Below are positions 47,778 through 58,962 of a stretch of DNA of 64,000 nucleotides, one piece after another (position 1 is the stretch's first letter; each line of letters opens with the position of its first letter). Source of the stretch: Dehalococcoidia bacterium (GTDB lineage Bacteria; Chloroflexota; Dehalococcoidia; Bin125); contig CAXXRD010000003.1 of assembly GCA_963663895.2 (NCBI GenBank), positions 1-64,000 on the forward strand. Direction: 5' to 3'. A model generated the notes under the pieces. It was given only the letters and a program-made list of their open reading frames with translations, was not told where the DNA came from and did no database searches. A program made the position numbers and the translations under genes.

Positions 47778-49244
47778 CTACACGTAGGCATCGGCACCGA
47801 ACTGTTGGATCACCTTTTGCGCGTGAGCGCTGCTGGTCTCGCCACAGCCATGTCCGCTTGGAAAGACCTTGCAGGGATTGAACGTATCGCTCGATGCGAA
47901 CGCGGCCTTGAGACGGGCGAAGGCGTCGATGTCATCTTCGGTGAAGATCCAGGGCAGATAGGAGCGCTTCTCAAGGCCGACGCCGTGCTCGCCGGTGATG
48001 GCCCCTCCAGCGTCCACGCAGAGACGCATGATCTCGCCTCCTGCGTCGAGCACCCGCTCGCTCATCCCAGGAACGCGGTCGTCGAAGAGCAGACAGGGGT
48101 GGAGGTTGCCGTCTCCGGCGTGAAACACGTTGGCGACCTGTACGTCATAGCGAGCGGCGATTTGGGCAACCTCGTCGAGAACAGCAGGGAGTTGGGTACG
48201 AGGCACGACTCCATCCAGGATGTAGTAGTTCGGCTGGATGTGGCCGAGGCAGCTGATCGCGCCCTTGCGCCCGGCCCAGAGGCGCTCGCGTTCAGGTAGC
48301 TCGCTGGCGACGCGGATCTCACGGGGCTCGAAGCTCTGCACGATCTCTTGAACGATCGCATCCTCCGCCTGCACTTGGGAAACGGGGCCGTCGACCTCGA
48401 TGATCAGCACGGCCTCAGCGTCCAGAGGGAAGCCGGTGTGGAGCACGGGTTCCACGGCGGCGATCGTCTGTTGATCGATCATCTCCAGAGCGGCCGGGAC
48501 GATGCCGGCCTTGATGACTCCGCTCACGGCGCTGCTTGCCTGGCGCATCGAGTCGAAGATGGCGAGCAGCGTGCGCACCGCCTCCGGCTTTGGCATGAGT
48601 TTGACCTGTATTTTGGTGACTACCCCGACCGTCCCCTCGCTTCCGACGACGCAGCCGACAAGGTCGTAGCCTGGGCGCTCGCGATTCGTGCCGCCCAGCC
48701 ACTGCACTGTTCCGTCGGGGGTCACAAGCTCAAGGCCGAGGACGTGATTGGTGGTGGCCCCATAGGCGAGGCAGTGGGGACCACCAGCGTTCTCAGCGAC
48801 GTTGCCGCCGATCGTGCAGGCCCGCTGGCTGCTCGGGTCGGGCATGTAGGCGAGGCCGTAGGGATCGGCGGCCACGGAGAGGTCGAGATTGACGACGCCG
48901 GGCTCCACAAGGGCAGTGCGATTGTTGGGGTCGATATCGAGAATGCGCCGCATGCGGTTCAGGGAGAGCAAGAGCCCGCCGCGGACGGCGAGTGCGCCGC
49001 CGCTGAGGCCGGTCCCGGCGCCACGAGGAGTAATAGGGAGTTCGTAGGCGTTGGCGATCTTGATGGCGGCGGCTACCTCGGCCGTGCTGGCGGGGAAGGC
49101 GACAGCCTCGGGCGCACCGCGGTCGAAGGTGCCGTCGTACTCATAGACCAAGAGGTCCTCGGGAGCCCAGATCACCGCGTCGCGGCCAAGAGCCTCTTGG
49201 AGATCGCGGACGAAGGGGGTGGGCGTCGCCATTCCCGTCATCAT
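47778..49244 (-). CDS. glcD: Glycolate oxidase subunit D (FAD-linked oxidase)
   Basis: PRGAGTGLSGG, PDPSSQ.ACTIGGN, HAGDGNLHP and GEHGVG.EK. Confidence 0.9.
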   Translation of the reverse strand: MMTGMATPTPFVRDLQEALGRDAVIWAPEDLLVYEYDGTFDRGAPEAVAFPASTAEVAAAIKIANAYELPITPRGAGTGLSGGALAVRGGLLLSLNRMRRILDIDPNNRTALVEPGVVNLDLSVAADPYGLAYMPDPSSQRACTIGGNVAENAGGPHCLAYGATTNHVLGLELVTPDGTVQWLGGTNRERPGYDLVGCVVGSEGTVGVVTKIQVKLMPKPEAVRTLLAIFDSMRQASSAVSGVIKAGIVPAALEMIDQQTIAAVEPVLHTGFPLDAEAVLIIEVDGPVSQVQAEDAIVQEIVQSFEPREIRVASELPERERLWAGRKGAISCLGHIQPNYYILDGVVPRTQLPAVLDEVAQIAARYDVQVANVFHAGDGNLHPCLLFDDRVPGMSERVLDAGGEIMRLCVDAGGAITGEHGVGLEKRSYLPWIFTEDDIDAFARLKAAFASSDTFNPCKVFPSGHGCGETSSAHAQKVIQQFGADAYV

Positions 49245-49368
49245 ATCGGCTCTCTCGGATAGAAGTATCGGCCCTTGGTGGACCGCTGTGGCGGTGTGCT
49301 GAGACCCCAGAGGCTATACTTACGCGGTCTCGTGAAGGGGCTCCCGCTATTCCTCAGTCGGTGAGCTT

Positions 49369-50043
49369 GTGGAAAGGGTGATGATGACGGCGTTTGCACC
49401 GACGTTTCGGCCGAGCTATCAGCCGCCGCTGGCGCTGGCGGCCTTTCCCGTGAAGGCGCCGCAGCAGGCATGGATTCGCGACGTGATACTGGTCGTGGCG
49501 GCGAGCTTGTTCCTTGCCGGATTGGCGCAGATCTCCTTCGACGTTCCTTTTCGCACCGGAAATCCCGTGCCGATCACCGGACAGACCTTCGGGGTGCTGC
49601 TGATCGGCGTGACGCTGGGGAGCCGCCGAGCGGCGGCGGGAGTACTGGCCTACCTCGCCTGGGGTTGGGCAGGGGCCCCCTTCTTTGCGGGCGGGGCGCA
49701 TGGAATGACGGTGTTGTATCTGGGAGCATCGGCTGGCTACCTGTGGGGATTCGTGCTGGCAGCGTTCATAGTGGGGTGGATGGCCGAGCACGGCTTCCAT
49801 CAGGGGGCGGGGCTGCTCGTTGCAATGCTGGTGGGCAACGTCCTGATCTACGTAGTGGGGCTGCCGGTGCTGGCGCTCTGGATCGACAACGCTCCTCCCG
49901 AACCCATAGCTCAGGGCTGGAGCGTCTGGTATGTGGGGCTGTGGCCGTTTATTCCCGGCGACATGGCGAAGCTGATCGCGGCGGCACTGGTCGTGCCGGT
50001 GGCTTGGTCGGCGGTGCGAACGTTCCGGCCGATCGACGGCTAA
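49369..50043 (+). CDS. bioY: BioY biotin ECF S-component
   Basis: PVPITGQTFGVLL, G.PFFAGG, GYLWGF and PFIPGD..K. Confidence 0.88.
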   Translation: MERVMMTAFAPTFRPSYQPPLALAAFPVKAPQQAWIRDVILVVAASLFLAGLAQISFDVPFRTGNPVPITGQTFGVLLIGVTLGSRRAAAGVLAYLAWGWAGAPFFAGGAHGMTVLYLGASAGYLWGFVLAAFIVGWMAEHGFHQGAGLLVAMLVGNVLIYVVGLPVLALWIDNAPPEPIAQGWSVWYVGLWPFIPGDMAKLIAAALVVPVAWSAVRTFRPIDG

Positions 50044-50053
50044 ACGGCAACGC

Positions 50054-50344
50054 GTGCCGGCCTACGTCGTTGTCCAGGGACGGATCGACGATCGCGTGCG
50101 GTACGACGAGTATCGCGCGGCGGCGGGGCCGACCGTCGAGGCGCACGGAGGGCGGTTGCTTGGGATCGGCGACCCTCCCGAACTCATAGAGGGCGAGCAG
50201 GCCGATCTGCCCCGGTTGGTTCTCATTGAATTCCCTTCGTTGGAGGCGGCGAAGACCTGGTATGCCTCAGCGGAGTACCAAGCCGTGAGGCAATTGCGAC
50301 AGGTGTCGAGCGAGAGTCGCTTCCTGTTGGTGGAAGGTGACTAG
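50054..50344 (+). CDS. DUF1330 family protein
   Basis: YD.Y...AHGGR.L...IEG...LIEFPS.EAA..WY.S.EYQ. Confidence 0.88.
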   Translation: MPAYVVVQGRIDDRVRYDEYRAAAGPTVEAHGGRLLGIGDPPELIEGEQADLPRLVLIEFPSLEAAKTWYASAEYQAVRQLRQVSSESRFLLVEGD

Positions 50345-50455
50345 GGGATTAGGCAGGATCGGGACGCGGCGCAGCCGAACGGGCGAGTGGGTCACGGGAT
50401 GTGCGGGGTCGGAAGAAGCTAGCACAAGGCGAGAGCGAACAGCCCTGGGAACCGC

Positions 50456-50944
50456 CTAGCCGTCTGTAGCAGCGGCTTGGATCAGAGCGAAGGCGCGGAG
50501 CACGGTCGCGTGTTTGTTGGCCTCGCGGTCGCCGCTCCAGACCCGGCGCTCGGTCACGCAGCGCGTACCGGGGCCGAGACAGGCGATCCAGACCGTGCCC
50601 ACGGGGTTGCTCTCACTACCGCCACTCGGACCGGTAATGCCGCTCTCGGCGAGCGCAATGTCCACAGCGAATGCTGTACGGACGCCTTGCGCGAGGGCGA
50701 GGACGGTCGCCTCGCTGACGGACCCCTCGGCAACGAGTGTGTGATGCGGGACGCCGAGTAGTTTCTCTTTCGGCGGATTGGCGTAAGGCGTGGCGCCCCC
50801 ACGGAAGGTCTTGCTGCTGCCGGGGACATCGGTGAACCAAGAGCCGATGAGGCCTCCGGTATCGGTTTCGGCACTGGCGGTGGTGAGCCCGCGGTCGATC
50901 AGGAGCCGGACGACTTCGACCGCCAGGGGGTGTGGCATGGCCAC
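50456..50944 (-). CDS. CinA C-terminal domain / NMN deamidase (PncC-like)
   Basis: SAETDTGGLI, VPGSS, GSVSE, GITGP.GG and PVGTVWI. Confidence 0.85.
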   Translation of the reverse strand: MAMPHPLAVEVVRLLIDRGLTTASAETDTGGLIGSWFTDVPGSSKTFRGGATPYANPPKEKLLGVPHHTLVAEGSVSEATVLALAQGVRTAFAVDIALAESGITGPSGGSESNPVGTVWIACLGPGTRCVTERRVWSGDREANKHATVLRAFALIQAAATDG

Positions 50945-50977
50945 AGGGTACTGGGCCAGCGCAAGGCGAGGGGACAG

Positions 50978-51256
50978 TTACTCGCGGCCTTCTGAGCGGT
51001 CGATGCGGAGAGTGAGCCAGAGGAGGCCGATGATCGCGGGCAGGAATGCACCCAGTGGCACGGCGAAGGTGATCCAGTCGGTCGCTTTGTAGCCGTTGAC
51101 GCCGGCGCCGCCTTGATCGGGCGAGGCTTGAGGGAGGGGCTGGTCCCCAACGATGGGCCCGTCGATGCCCGCAGCCAAGGCCTCCGCTGGGGCGAGGGTG
51201 AGGGCGAGAGCTGCTACGAACGCGAGGACTGTGAGGAGTAGAGCGGTTCGAGTCAT
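50978..51256 (-). CDS. Small exported or membrane protein
   Basis: GGAGG RBS; signal-peptide-like N-terminus (AEALA) and a C-terminal hydrophobic helix. Confidence 0.6.
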   Translation of the reverse strand: MTRTALLLTVLAFVAALALTLAPAEALAAGIDGPIVGDQPLPQASPDQGGAGVNGYKATDWITFAVPLGAFLPAIIGLLWLTLRIDRSEGRE

Positions 51257-51321
51257 TGGTTGGCCTCCGCGGCCATTTTGGCGTACCGGGATGACTGCGT
51301 CACGGGTCAACCTAACGATCG

Positions 51322-51804
51322 CTAGACGGTGACGATGAGGATGGGACGGCCGCTAGACCGGATCACTCGATCATTGATCCGGGTGAGGGTACTGCGGCGG
51401 AGGCCCTTCGGCCCCCGGTTGGCGAGCGCGATGATATCGGCGTCGATCTCGTTGGCGATGCGAATGATGGTGTCGGCGGGGCGGCCTGGCTCGACGCGCA
51501 CGTCGATGGAGAGGGGGCCGCCGCCGGGGGAAGCGAGTAGGCGGGCGCGGAGACTGGAGAGATATTCCATGGCCGCCGCCGCTGCGGTATCGGCGATGCG
51601 AGTGGCGGATCCGGCGCGGGCCAGCAACTCACCTGGGGAAACAATGCCGGCGCTAGTGGTCATGCGCTCGGCGGCGGTCGGGACGACGGTGAGCAGTACG
51701 AGACTGGCGCCGTCATGCTCCGAGGAGTTGCGCGCGATCGCCACCGCGCTGGGCAAGGCCGCTTCGGCCCATTCGTCGGTATTGAGAGAGACGAGTACCT
51801 TCAT
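51322..51804 (-). CDS. Universal stress protein
   Basis: MKVLVSL..., G.PADTI, DIIALANRG and VIRSS.RPILIV. Confidence 0.85.
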   Translation of the reverse strand: MKVLVSLNTDEWAEAALPSAVAIARNSSEHDGASLVLLTVVPTAAERMTTSAGIVSPGELLARAGSATRIADTAAAAAMEYLSSLRARLLASPGGGPLSIDVRVEPGRPADTIIRIANEIDADIIALANRGPKGLRRSTLTRINDRVIRSSGRPILIVTV

Positions 51805-51832
51805 GCAGCGAGTGTACGCCGGACGTAAAGGG

Positions 51833-53101
51833 TCATGCGCGGGGAGCGCTAGCGCTTGGGGGGCGGGAGACGGCAATGACGGCAGCTCCGAAGAGATAGC
51901 AGCCGACGAAGATGGCGAGGATCAGGTCGAAGGAGCCGCGAGCGTCGAAGACGAGGCTGGCGATGAGCGGTCCGGCGGCATTGAGGCCGAACTGTACCGG
52001 AGCCGTGATGCCGCGGATCGCGCCGACGCTCCAGCGCCCGAAATAGTCTGGAAAGGCAACCTGGGTCAGCGGGAGGTGCATGCCGAAGATCAGGCCGTGC
52101 CAGACGGCAAAGAGGTAGGCCATCCACGCATTGTCGACGAGGATCAGCCAGACAATGGCAAGGGAAGCGATCACCAGGACGGCGGGCAAGGCTCGGTAAA
52201 TGGGCAGGTGCTGCCGAAGTTCACCGCCGAGGATCCCACCGAGCGCGCCCATCAGGGCCCAGACCGTGATCACCGTCACGGCGGTGGTCTGGCTCAGGCC
52301 GTTGTCTTGCAGATGAGGGACGCTGCTGAAGTTGACGGCTCCTCCCACCATGAAGAGCTGACTCGTGCCGATAAGAAGCAGCCAGAAGGATCGGGTGCGG
52401 ACGGCATTGCGAACGGACCAGTGCCTGTCGAGAGCGGCCGCGCGCGCCGCCGAAGCCGAAGGGGCATCGGGCGGGTCCCCATCTGGGCGGAGGCCCAGGT
52501 CCTCGGGCCGGCGACGCACCATGAGCCAGGGCGGCAGGACGCCAAGGCCTAAGACGATCACGCCGAGGGCGAGGAAGGCCACGCGGAAGTCGGCAATGGA
52601 GAGGAAGAGTAGGACGACGAGCGGCATCAAGGCGCCGCCGGCGCGTACGCCGACGAGCGTGAGGCCGGTAGCGCGGCCGCGAGCGCGAATAAACCAGTTC
52701 GCAATCGCAACGGTGATGGCGAGATTGACGACGCCGATGACGAGGCCACGCCCGATCGCATAGAGGACGTAGAACTGCCAAACCTCTTCAATCAGAGCGA
52801 GGAGAAGCAGGGCGACCCCCATAAGCAGGGCCGAGATCGTTAAGAAGGTGCGGGCGCCGTGCCTATCGATACGGGCGCCGATCAGCGGGGAGAGAAGAGC
52901 GCCCAGGATGGTCCCGGCGGTGATGGCTCCCGCGATGGTAGCTCGGCTCCACCCGAACTCGTCCTCCAGGGGAGTAACGAAGACCCCTAGGACCGGATTG
53001 AAAAACGCGACTTGGGTGAGTGCGACCAGCGAGGCAGCGCCGGCTACCCACCAGCCGTGGAAGAGCGTAGGGTTGCGGAGCGGCACGCGAGAGATGGACA
53101 T
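51833..53101 (-). CDS. MFS transporter (OFA/MCT-like)
   Basis: About 12 hydrophobic segments; GARIDRHGAR, WF.R.RG.A.G and DYFGR motifs. Confidence 0.9.
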   Translation of the reverse strand: MSISRVPLRNPTLFHGWWVAGAASLVALTQVAFFNPVLGVFVTPLEDEFGWSRATIAGAITAGTILGALLSPLIGARIDRHGARTFLTISALLMGVALLLLALIEEVWQFYVLYAIGRGLVIGVVNLAITVAIANWFIRARGRATGLTLVGVRAGGALMPLVVLLFLSIADFRVAFLALGVIVLGLGVLPPWLMVRRRPEDLGLRPDGDPPDAPSASAARAAALDRHWSVRNAVRTRSFWLLLIGTSQLFMVGGAVNFSSVPHLQDNGLSQTTAVTVITVWALMGALGGILGGELRQHLPIYRALPAVLVIASLAIVWLILVDNAWMAYLFAVWHGLIFGMHLPLTQVAFPDYFGRWSVGAIRGITAPVQFGLNAAGPLIASLVFDARGSFDLILAIFVGCYLFGAAVIAVSRPPSASAPRA

Positions 53102-53348
53102 GAGGATTGGGCCACCTTAGCGGGTATAGGGCCTCGTGCTTGGGCTATGCGAAGCGGGTAATGGATCGTGCGGGTAGCGATAGGGCGGCCGGCACTAGCT
53201 ACAGGCGATCGTCCGCGCCGTAGAGGCCGCTCTGCGGGGGCAGCTGCCGTTGCTGGGCGATCGGGCGAGCACAGAAGGGCAGCGTGCGTCGTTGGGTGAT
53301 ACTGCTGGAGACCCCGGTGTCGATGTCGGCTGGAGGGGAGGAGCTGGA

Positions 53349-54587
53349 ATGAGGCAGGGGCCGCTGGCAGGTTTGCGAGTGTTGGATCTTACTTGGGTGC
53401 TGGCGGGACCCTACGCCTCAATGGTGCTCTGCGACTTGGGAGCGGAGGTGGTGAAGGTCGAGCGCCCGCCAGATGGAGACGTGGCGCGCACGACCGGGCC
53501 GTTCGTGAACAACGAGAGCGCTTACTTCCAGAGCATCAACCGCGGCAAGCGAAGCATCGCCATCGATCTACGCAGCGAGCGCGGCAAGGGGCTGTTCCTC
53601 GATCTGGTCGAGCGAGCCGACGTCGTGATGGAGAACTTCACGCCGGGTGCCATGGGACGGCTAGGCCTGGGATATGAAGTGCTGTCTCAGCGAAACCCGC
53701 GATTGATCTACGCCGCCACCTCCGGCTTCGGACGGACGGGACCTCAGCGAGAGAAACCGGCCCTGGATGTCGTGGTGCAGGGCATGGGCGGAGTGATGAG
53801 CATCACGGGTTACCCGGATGGGCCGCCGGCGCGAGTGGGGACCTCCGTGGGGGACATCAGCGCGGGGCTCTACACGGCGATCGGGATCCTGGCGGCGCTG
53901 CGAGAGCGGGAGATGAGTGGCGCCGGGCAACTGGTGGACATCAGTATGTTGGACTGCCAGATCGCGATCCTCGAAAACGCGGTCGTCCGCTACTTCGCAA
54001 CAGGCGAGGAACCGCAACGACTGGGAACGCGGCACCCCTCGGCAACGCCGTTTCAAGCCTTTCCCACCTCGGACGGGTGGCTGGTGCTGGCCTTGGCTTG
54101 GGGCGTGGAGAATCAGTGGGCGTTGCTATGCTCGGCCTTGGATCGCGTAGACCTGATCGACGATCCGCGCTTCGATACTTCCTTTAAGCGTACGCAGAAT
54201 CATGCTGCGCTCGAACCGGAGCTATTCGAAGCGATGCGTAAGCGGCCGACCGCTGAGTGGGTCGCGCTGTTTGAGGGATACGGAATGGCGGTGGGGCCGC
54301 TGAATACCGTGGGCGAAGCGGTCGCGCAGGAGCAGATCAAGGCGCGGGAGATGATCGCCGAGGTGCAACACCCATCGGCGGGGACGCTGAAGATGGCCGC
54401 TTCGCCGCTGCGGTTGTCACGAACGCCGGGGCAGGTGCGAGGCGCAGGGCCGCTCTATGGGGCACACACCAAGGATGTGCTGCGAGAATGGCTGGGCTTC
54501 GGCGGCGACACAGTGGAAGATTTAGCGGCGGCTGGAGTCGTCGAAACCGCGGGTGGCCCCGATATTGAGCAGTACTTGCGAGCCTAG
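53349..54587 (+). CDS. Class III CoA-transferase (CaiB/BaiF)
   Basis: PLAGLRVLDL...AGP, LGAEVVKVE, NRGKRS, ENF.PG and catalytic D in PALDVVVQ. Confidence 0.93.
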   Translation: MRQGPLAGLRVLDLTWVLAGPYASMVLCDLGAEVVKVERPPDGDVARTTGPFVNNESAYFQSINRGKRSIAIDLRSERGKGLFLDLVERADVVMENFTPGAMGRLGLGYEVLSQRNPRLIYAATSGFGRTGPQREKPALDVVVQGMGGVMSITGYPDGPPARVGTSVGDISAGLYTAIGILAALREREMSGAGQLVDISMLDCQIAILENAVVRYFATGEEPQRLGTRHPSATPFQAFPTSDGWLVLALAWGVENQWALLCSALDRVDLIDDPRFDTSFKRTQNHAALEPELFEAMRKRPTAEWVALFEGYGMAVGPLNTVGEAVAQEQIKAREMIAEVQHPSAGTLKMAASPLRLSRTPGQVRGAGPLYGAHTKDVLREWLGFGGDTVEDLAAAGVVETAGGPDIEQYLRA

Positions 54588-54590
54588 CGC

Positions 54591-55622
54591 ATGACCGAAA
54601 CAGTGCACGGAGACGACTGGCAACCCGGCCGAGATCACCCCTTCCAGCCCTGGGACGCGGCGCGGACGGCGGCGACTGGGATCCATCAAGTGACGACCCC
54701 CTTGCCATTCCAGCTGGATCACGTGCATGCCTATGTGATCGAAGTCGAGGGCGGATACCTCATGATCGACTCCGGGTTTCCCTCGGAGGCGGGACGGGCG
54801 CGACTGCGGGAAGAGATGGAGCGACGCTTCGGCGGGCTGGGCCGCGTCAAGGCGGTGGTGGTGACGCACTACCACTCAGACCACATCGGGCAAGCGGGCT
54901 GGCTGCAGCAGGAGAGCGGAGCGGCGGTATATGTGCACCGGCAGGATTGGCGGCTCGTGCCTGAGGTGACGAGCGCAGGGTGGTCGGAAAAGCCAGAAGA
55001 GTTCGGCGGCGACCTCTACGCGAAGGTGCCGGAAGAGACCCGTTTGGAGTGGGGCAAGACGCGGGCCGGGATCCGAGAGAATATTCTGCCGGTGGAAACG
55101 CCGACCTTGGTCCGAGGCGGTGAAGTGCTGGAGTTTGGAAGTCGGCGTCTCGCGTTGGTTTGGACGCCGGGACATACTGCAGGACATCTTTGTATTCATG
55201 ACTTAGATCATGCTCTGCTCTTCACCGGCGACCACCTGTTGGCGCGGATCACGCCTCACGTCGGTACCTGGAGCAGCGACGGCAGCCCGCTGCACGCATA
55301 TGAGCAGTCGCTTGCCCTAGTGGAGCGGCTGCGCCCGGCGGTCGCGCTGCCGGCTCATGAGGGCGTGATCGAGAATGCCGCGGAACGGACGCGGGAGATC
55401 CGGCTACACCACAGGAAGCGTCGCGAGCGTGTGCTGGCTGCTTTGGGATCGGAAGCGCGGACGGCGCGAGGGATCATGCCGCAGGTGTTCAAGAACCGGC
55501 ACTTGGGGATGCACGCGATGCTGGCACTCTCGGAGACTTACGCGCACCTGGAAGCTCTGGTGCAGGAAGGAGCGGTGCATCGGGAGGATGGGCCCGGGGA
55601 GCCGCTCTATCGCAGTGTCTAA
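54591..55622 (+). CDS. MBL-fold metallo-hydrolase
   Basis: [20 protein letters not shown] and LPAH. Confidence 0.9.
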   Translation: MTETVHGDDWQPGRDHPFQPWDAARTAATGIHQVTTPLPFQLDHVHAYVIEVEGGYLMIDSGFPSEAGRARLREEMERRFGGLGRVKAVVVTHYHSDHIGQAGWLQQESGAAVYVHRQDWRLVPEVTSAGWSEKPEEFGGDLYAKVPEETRLEWGKTRAGIRENILPVETPTLVRGGEVLEFGSRRLALVWTPGHTAGHLCIHDLDHALLFTGDHLLARITPHVGTWSSDGSPLHAYEQSLALVERLRPAVALPAHEGVIENAAERTREIRLHHRKRRERVLAALGSEARTARGIMPQVFKNRHLGMHAMLALSETYAHLEALVQEGAVHREDGPGEPLYRSV

Positions 55623-55702
55623 GGGTGCGGTTGCGGCTGCGCGGCAGGATCGCCAACGCGAACCCGGCGCGGGACTCCCAAGCTAGGCGTGATACTGCCC
55701 TG

Positions 55703-57370
55703 ATGCCTGCTCGCGAATACTCCGGGAGCGTCGGCGGTGAGGTCCCGGCGGGAATGCTTCTGCCGTCACGCCAGAAGGCGCTGGTGATGGCCGGGGTCAT
55801 GCTCTCGCTGTTCCTGGCTGCGCTGGACTTCACCATCATGGGTGTCGCGATGCCGAGTATCGTGGCCGATTTCGGCGCGCTGGACCTCTTCGCCTGGCCC
55901 ATCACCGTCTACATGCTCGCATCGACGTCGGTCGTTCCCGTGGCGGGGAAGCTCTCGGACCTCTACGGGCGTCGCCCGCTCCTTTTGGTTGGGGTGCTGG
56001 TCTTTTTGGTGGGCTCCGTGCTGGCAGGCGCGGCGGGCGACATGCATCAGCTCATCGGGTTTCGTGCGGTGCAAGGGATGGGTGGCGGCCTGATCATGGC
56101 GAACGCGCTAACGGTGATCGGTGATCTGTTCGCCCCGGCCGAACGGGGACGTTGGACCGGGATCATCTCCGGGACCTTCGCTCTGGCGAGTGTGATCGGA
56201 CCGCTCGTCGGCGGAGCGCTCACAGACAACCTCTCCTGGCGTTGGGTCTTCTTCATCAATATTCCCGTCGGCGCGGTCGCGCTGGCAGTGGTGTTCTTCC
56301 TCATGCCGAAGTTCAGCCGCGGTGGCGAGGGGGGTATCGACTACAAGGGCGCGGCGCTGTTGATCGCGGGATCGGTCCCACTCCTGCTTGCGGTGTCGTG
56401 GGCGGGGAACTTGTATGCCTGGTCGGATCTGCCGGTGATCGCGCTGTTACTGGGATCGGCCGCCGCCTTCGCGCTCTTCGTATGGGTGGAGTTGCGGGCG
56501 CCCCACCCCCTGCTGCCGCTGCCCCTCTTTCGGAATCGGGTCTTCGCGGTAGCGATCGTGGTCGTCTCATTCGTGGGGTTGGGACTGTTCAGTGTGATCC
56601 AGTTCCTGCCGCTATTCGTGCAGGGCGGGCAGGGAGAGACCGCGACGAACTCCGGCACCGTGACGATGCCCATGATGGGCGGGATCGTACTGGCCTCGAT
56701 CCTGACGGGGCAGCTCGTCACCCGGATCGGGCGCTACCGGCTCTTCGCGGTGAGCGGCGGCGCGTTGATGGTGCTGGGGGTGTGGCTGCTTTCCACGTTG
56801 GAAGCGGATTCGTCAGCCTGGGTGACGCGGGGCTACATCGTGACGATGGGGGTGGGGATCGGAGTAGCGATGCCGCTCTACAACCTGGCGGTCCAAAACA
56901 CCTTGTCGTATCGGGTCTTGGGAATCGCTACCGCTTCGTTGCAGTTCTTTCGACAACTCGGCGGGGCGCTTGGGGTGGCGGTCTTCGGGTCGCTACTGGC
57001 TGCGGGCTTTGCCGCCGAGCTGGCGAAGCAGTTTCCAGCGGACTTCGACGAGTTGCGGGAAGCGCCACAGATCCTGTTGAGCCGGGAGACGCTTGCGCCG
57101 TTTCGGGAATCGCTAGAGGCGGACGCGCCCGGCACGGCAGCAATGGTCATCGGCACGGCGCGGGATGCCTTGGCGGGGACGATCACGGATCTTTTCCAAA
57201 TCGCGGCGTTGATGATGGTGGCAGCGCTGGTGGCGACGCTCTTTCTGCCCCCGATCCGACAACAGCGCCGGGAAGAGCTGCTGGCGGAGCTGATCGCGCA
57301 AGAGCCCCCCGCGCCTCCGGAGCGGGATCTCGAACCGCGGTCGGCGCCGGTCAGTGGCGGGGCAGGTTAA
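55703..57370 (+). CDS. DHA2-family (14-TM) MFS efflux transporter
   Basis: [32 protein letters not shown] and [10 protein letters not shown]. Confidence 0.92.
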   Translation: MPAREYSGSVGGEVPAGMLLPSRQKALVMAGVMLSLFLAALDFTIMGVAMPSIVADFGALDLFAWPITVYMLASTSVVPVAGKLSDLYGRRPLLLVGVLVFLVGSVLAGAAGDMHQLIGFRAVQGMGGGLIMANALTVIGDLFAPAERGRWTGIISGTFALASVIGPLVGGALTDNLSWRWVFFINIPVGAVALAVVFFLMPKFSRGGEGGIDYKGAALLIAGSVPLLLAVSWAGNLYAWSDLPVIALLLGSAAAFALFVWVELRAPHPLLPLPLFRNRVFAVAIVVVSFVGLGLFSVIQFLPLFVQGGQGETATNSGTVTMPMMGGIVLASILTGQLVTRIGRYRLFAVSGGALMVLGVWLLSTLEADSSAWVTRGYIVTMGVGIGVAMPLYNLAVQNTLSYRVLGIATASLQFFRQLGGALGVAVFGSLLAAGFAAELAKQFPADFDELREAPQILLSRETLAPFRESLEADAPGTAAMVIGTARDALAGTITDLFQIAALMMVAALVATLFLPPIRQQRREELLAELIAQEPPAPPERDLEPRSAPVSGGAG

Positions 57371-57473
57371 TCCGGGCGCAAGGAGCGCACTCCGGGATAC
57401 CGCACCAGCAGGAAAGAGCCGCTGGAAGTCGGATGGGATCGGCCGCAAGGTCCGGGCGTCGCTCCCGCGCGGG

Positions 57474-58949
57474 CTAAGTCCTCACGTAGGGCAGGGTGCT
57501 CTGCCCCATCAAGTACCTGTCCACTCCGTGGGCGGCCGCGCGTCCTTCGGCGATCGCCCAGACCACAAGCGACTGGCCGCGCACCATGTCGCCGGCAGCG
57601 AAGATCCCGGCGTGACTACTCTGTTTAAAGCGGTCCACCTGGATGTTGCCACGACTGTCGAGGGCGAGCCCGAGTTGGCTCACAGGACCGTCGTGCTCGG
57701 GGTGGAGAAAGCCCATGGCGAGCAGGACTAAGTCACAATCGATGCTGAACTCGGTGTCGGCGATCGGCTCCATCTGCATGCGGCCGCCCTCGCCGCGTTT
57801 CCAGTCGAGCCGGCGAGCATGCAGCTGCTCAACCCGGCCGTGGGAGCCGCTGAATCGCGTCGTCTCGATCGCGTAGTCGCGCTCGCCTCCCTCCTCATGA
57901 GCGGGGGAGAGGCGGAGGATGCGCGACCACTGCGGCCAGGGGTTGTCGCGAGCCCGCTTCTCGGGAGGCTCGGGAAGCAGCTCGAACTGGTGGACCGACG
58001 CCGCTCCCTGTCGATGAGCGGTGCCGAGGCAGTCAGCACCAGTGTCGCCGCCGCCGATGATGATCACACGCTTGCCTTCAGCGGTGATGGGAAGGGGGAG
58101 GCCGTCTCCGGCCTTGAATCCGGCTGCGACCGGCGTCATGCCAGCGCTGCGGTAGTTCTGCTGCGGTAAGTACTCCATCGCGAAGTGGATGCCGTCTAGC
58201 TCGCGGCCGGGAACGGCGAGGTCGCGGGGGTGGGTGGAGCCGCCGCAAAGGACGATCGCGTCGAAGTCGCGCACGAGATCATCCGTGGCGATGTTCTTGC
58301 CGACGTAGGCGCCGGTGAAGAACTCCACTCCTTCTTCGGCCATAATTTCGATCCGCCGTTGGACGAGTTCCTTGTCGAGCTTGAAATCCGGGATGCCCAA
58401 TCGCAGGAGCCCGCCGATCAGCTGGTCGCGCTCGTAGACGCTGACTTGGTGCCCGGCACGGTTGAGTTGCTGTGCGCAGGCCAGCCCGGCAGGCCCCGAG
58501 CCTACGATGGCCACCTTCTTGCCCGTACGCTGGACGGGAGGCATGGGTTTGATCCAACCCTCGGCATAGCCGCGGTCAGCGATCGCCTTCTCGATGAACT
58601 CGATCGTGACGGGGTCGTCGTTGATAGCCAGTGTGCAGGAAACCTCGCAGGGGGCGGGGCAGATGCGGCCGGTGAACTCAGGGAAGTTATTGGTTGCCAG
58701 AAGCCGGTGGAGCGCTTCCTCCCAACGCCCCTGGTAGACCAAGTCGTTCCATTCCGGGATGAGGTTGCCCAGCGGGCAACCCTGGTGGCAGAAAGGTACA
58801 CCGCAATCCATGCAGCGCGCGCCCTGTTCCTGGACCCGCTCCGGCGGCCACTCGTGGTAGATCTCCAAGTAGTCACCGACCCGCTCCTGCACCGGGCGCT
58901 TGGCCGGTGGGCGGCGTAGAAACTCCTTGAAACCGGTTGTCTTGCCCAC
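57474..58949 (-). CDS. gltD: Glutamate synthase small subunit
   Basis: GKTTGFKEF start, [35 protein letters not shown] and [10 protein letters not shown]. Confidence 0.96.
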   Translation of the reverse strand: MGKTTGFKEFLRRPPAKRPVQERVGDYLEIYHEWPPERVQEQGARCMDCGVPFCHQGCPLGNLIPEWNDLVYQGRWEEALHRLLATNNFPEFTGRICPAPCEVSCTLAINDDPVTIEFIEKAIADRGYAEGWIKPMPPVQRTGKKVAIVGSGPAGLACAQQLNRAGHQVSVYERDQLIGGLLRLGIPDFKLDKELVQRRIEIMAEEGVEFFTGAYVGKNIATDDLVRDFDAIVLCGGSTHPRDLAVPGRELDGIHFAMEYLPQQNYRSAGMTPVAAGFKAGDGLPLPITAEGKRVIIIGGGDTGADCLGTAHRQGAASVHQFELLPEPPEKRARDNPWPQWSRILRLSPAHEEGGERDYAIETTRFSGSHGRVEQLHARRLDWKRGEGGRMQMEPIADTEFSIDCDLVLLAMGFLHPEHDGPVSQLGLALDSRGNIQVDRFKQSSHAGIFAAGDMVRGQSLVVWAIAEGRAAAHGVDRYLMGQSTLPYVRT

Positions 58950-58962
58950 GCACTGCCTCCGC

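Noticed and set aside
43439-57473. CTCCCGCGCGGG occurring in two convergent intergenic gaps (~43440 and ~57463)
   Set aside because: Only two 12-bp GC-rich copies, which is compatible with chance and not a REP family.
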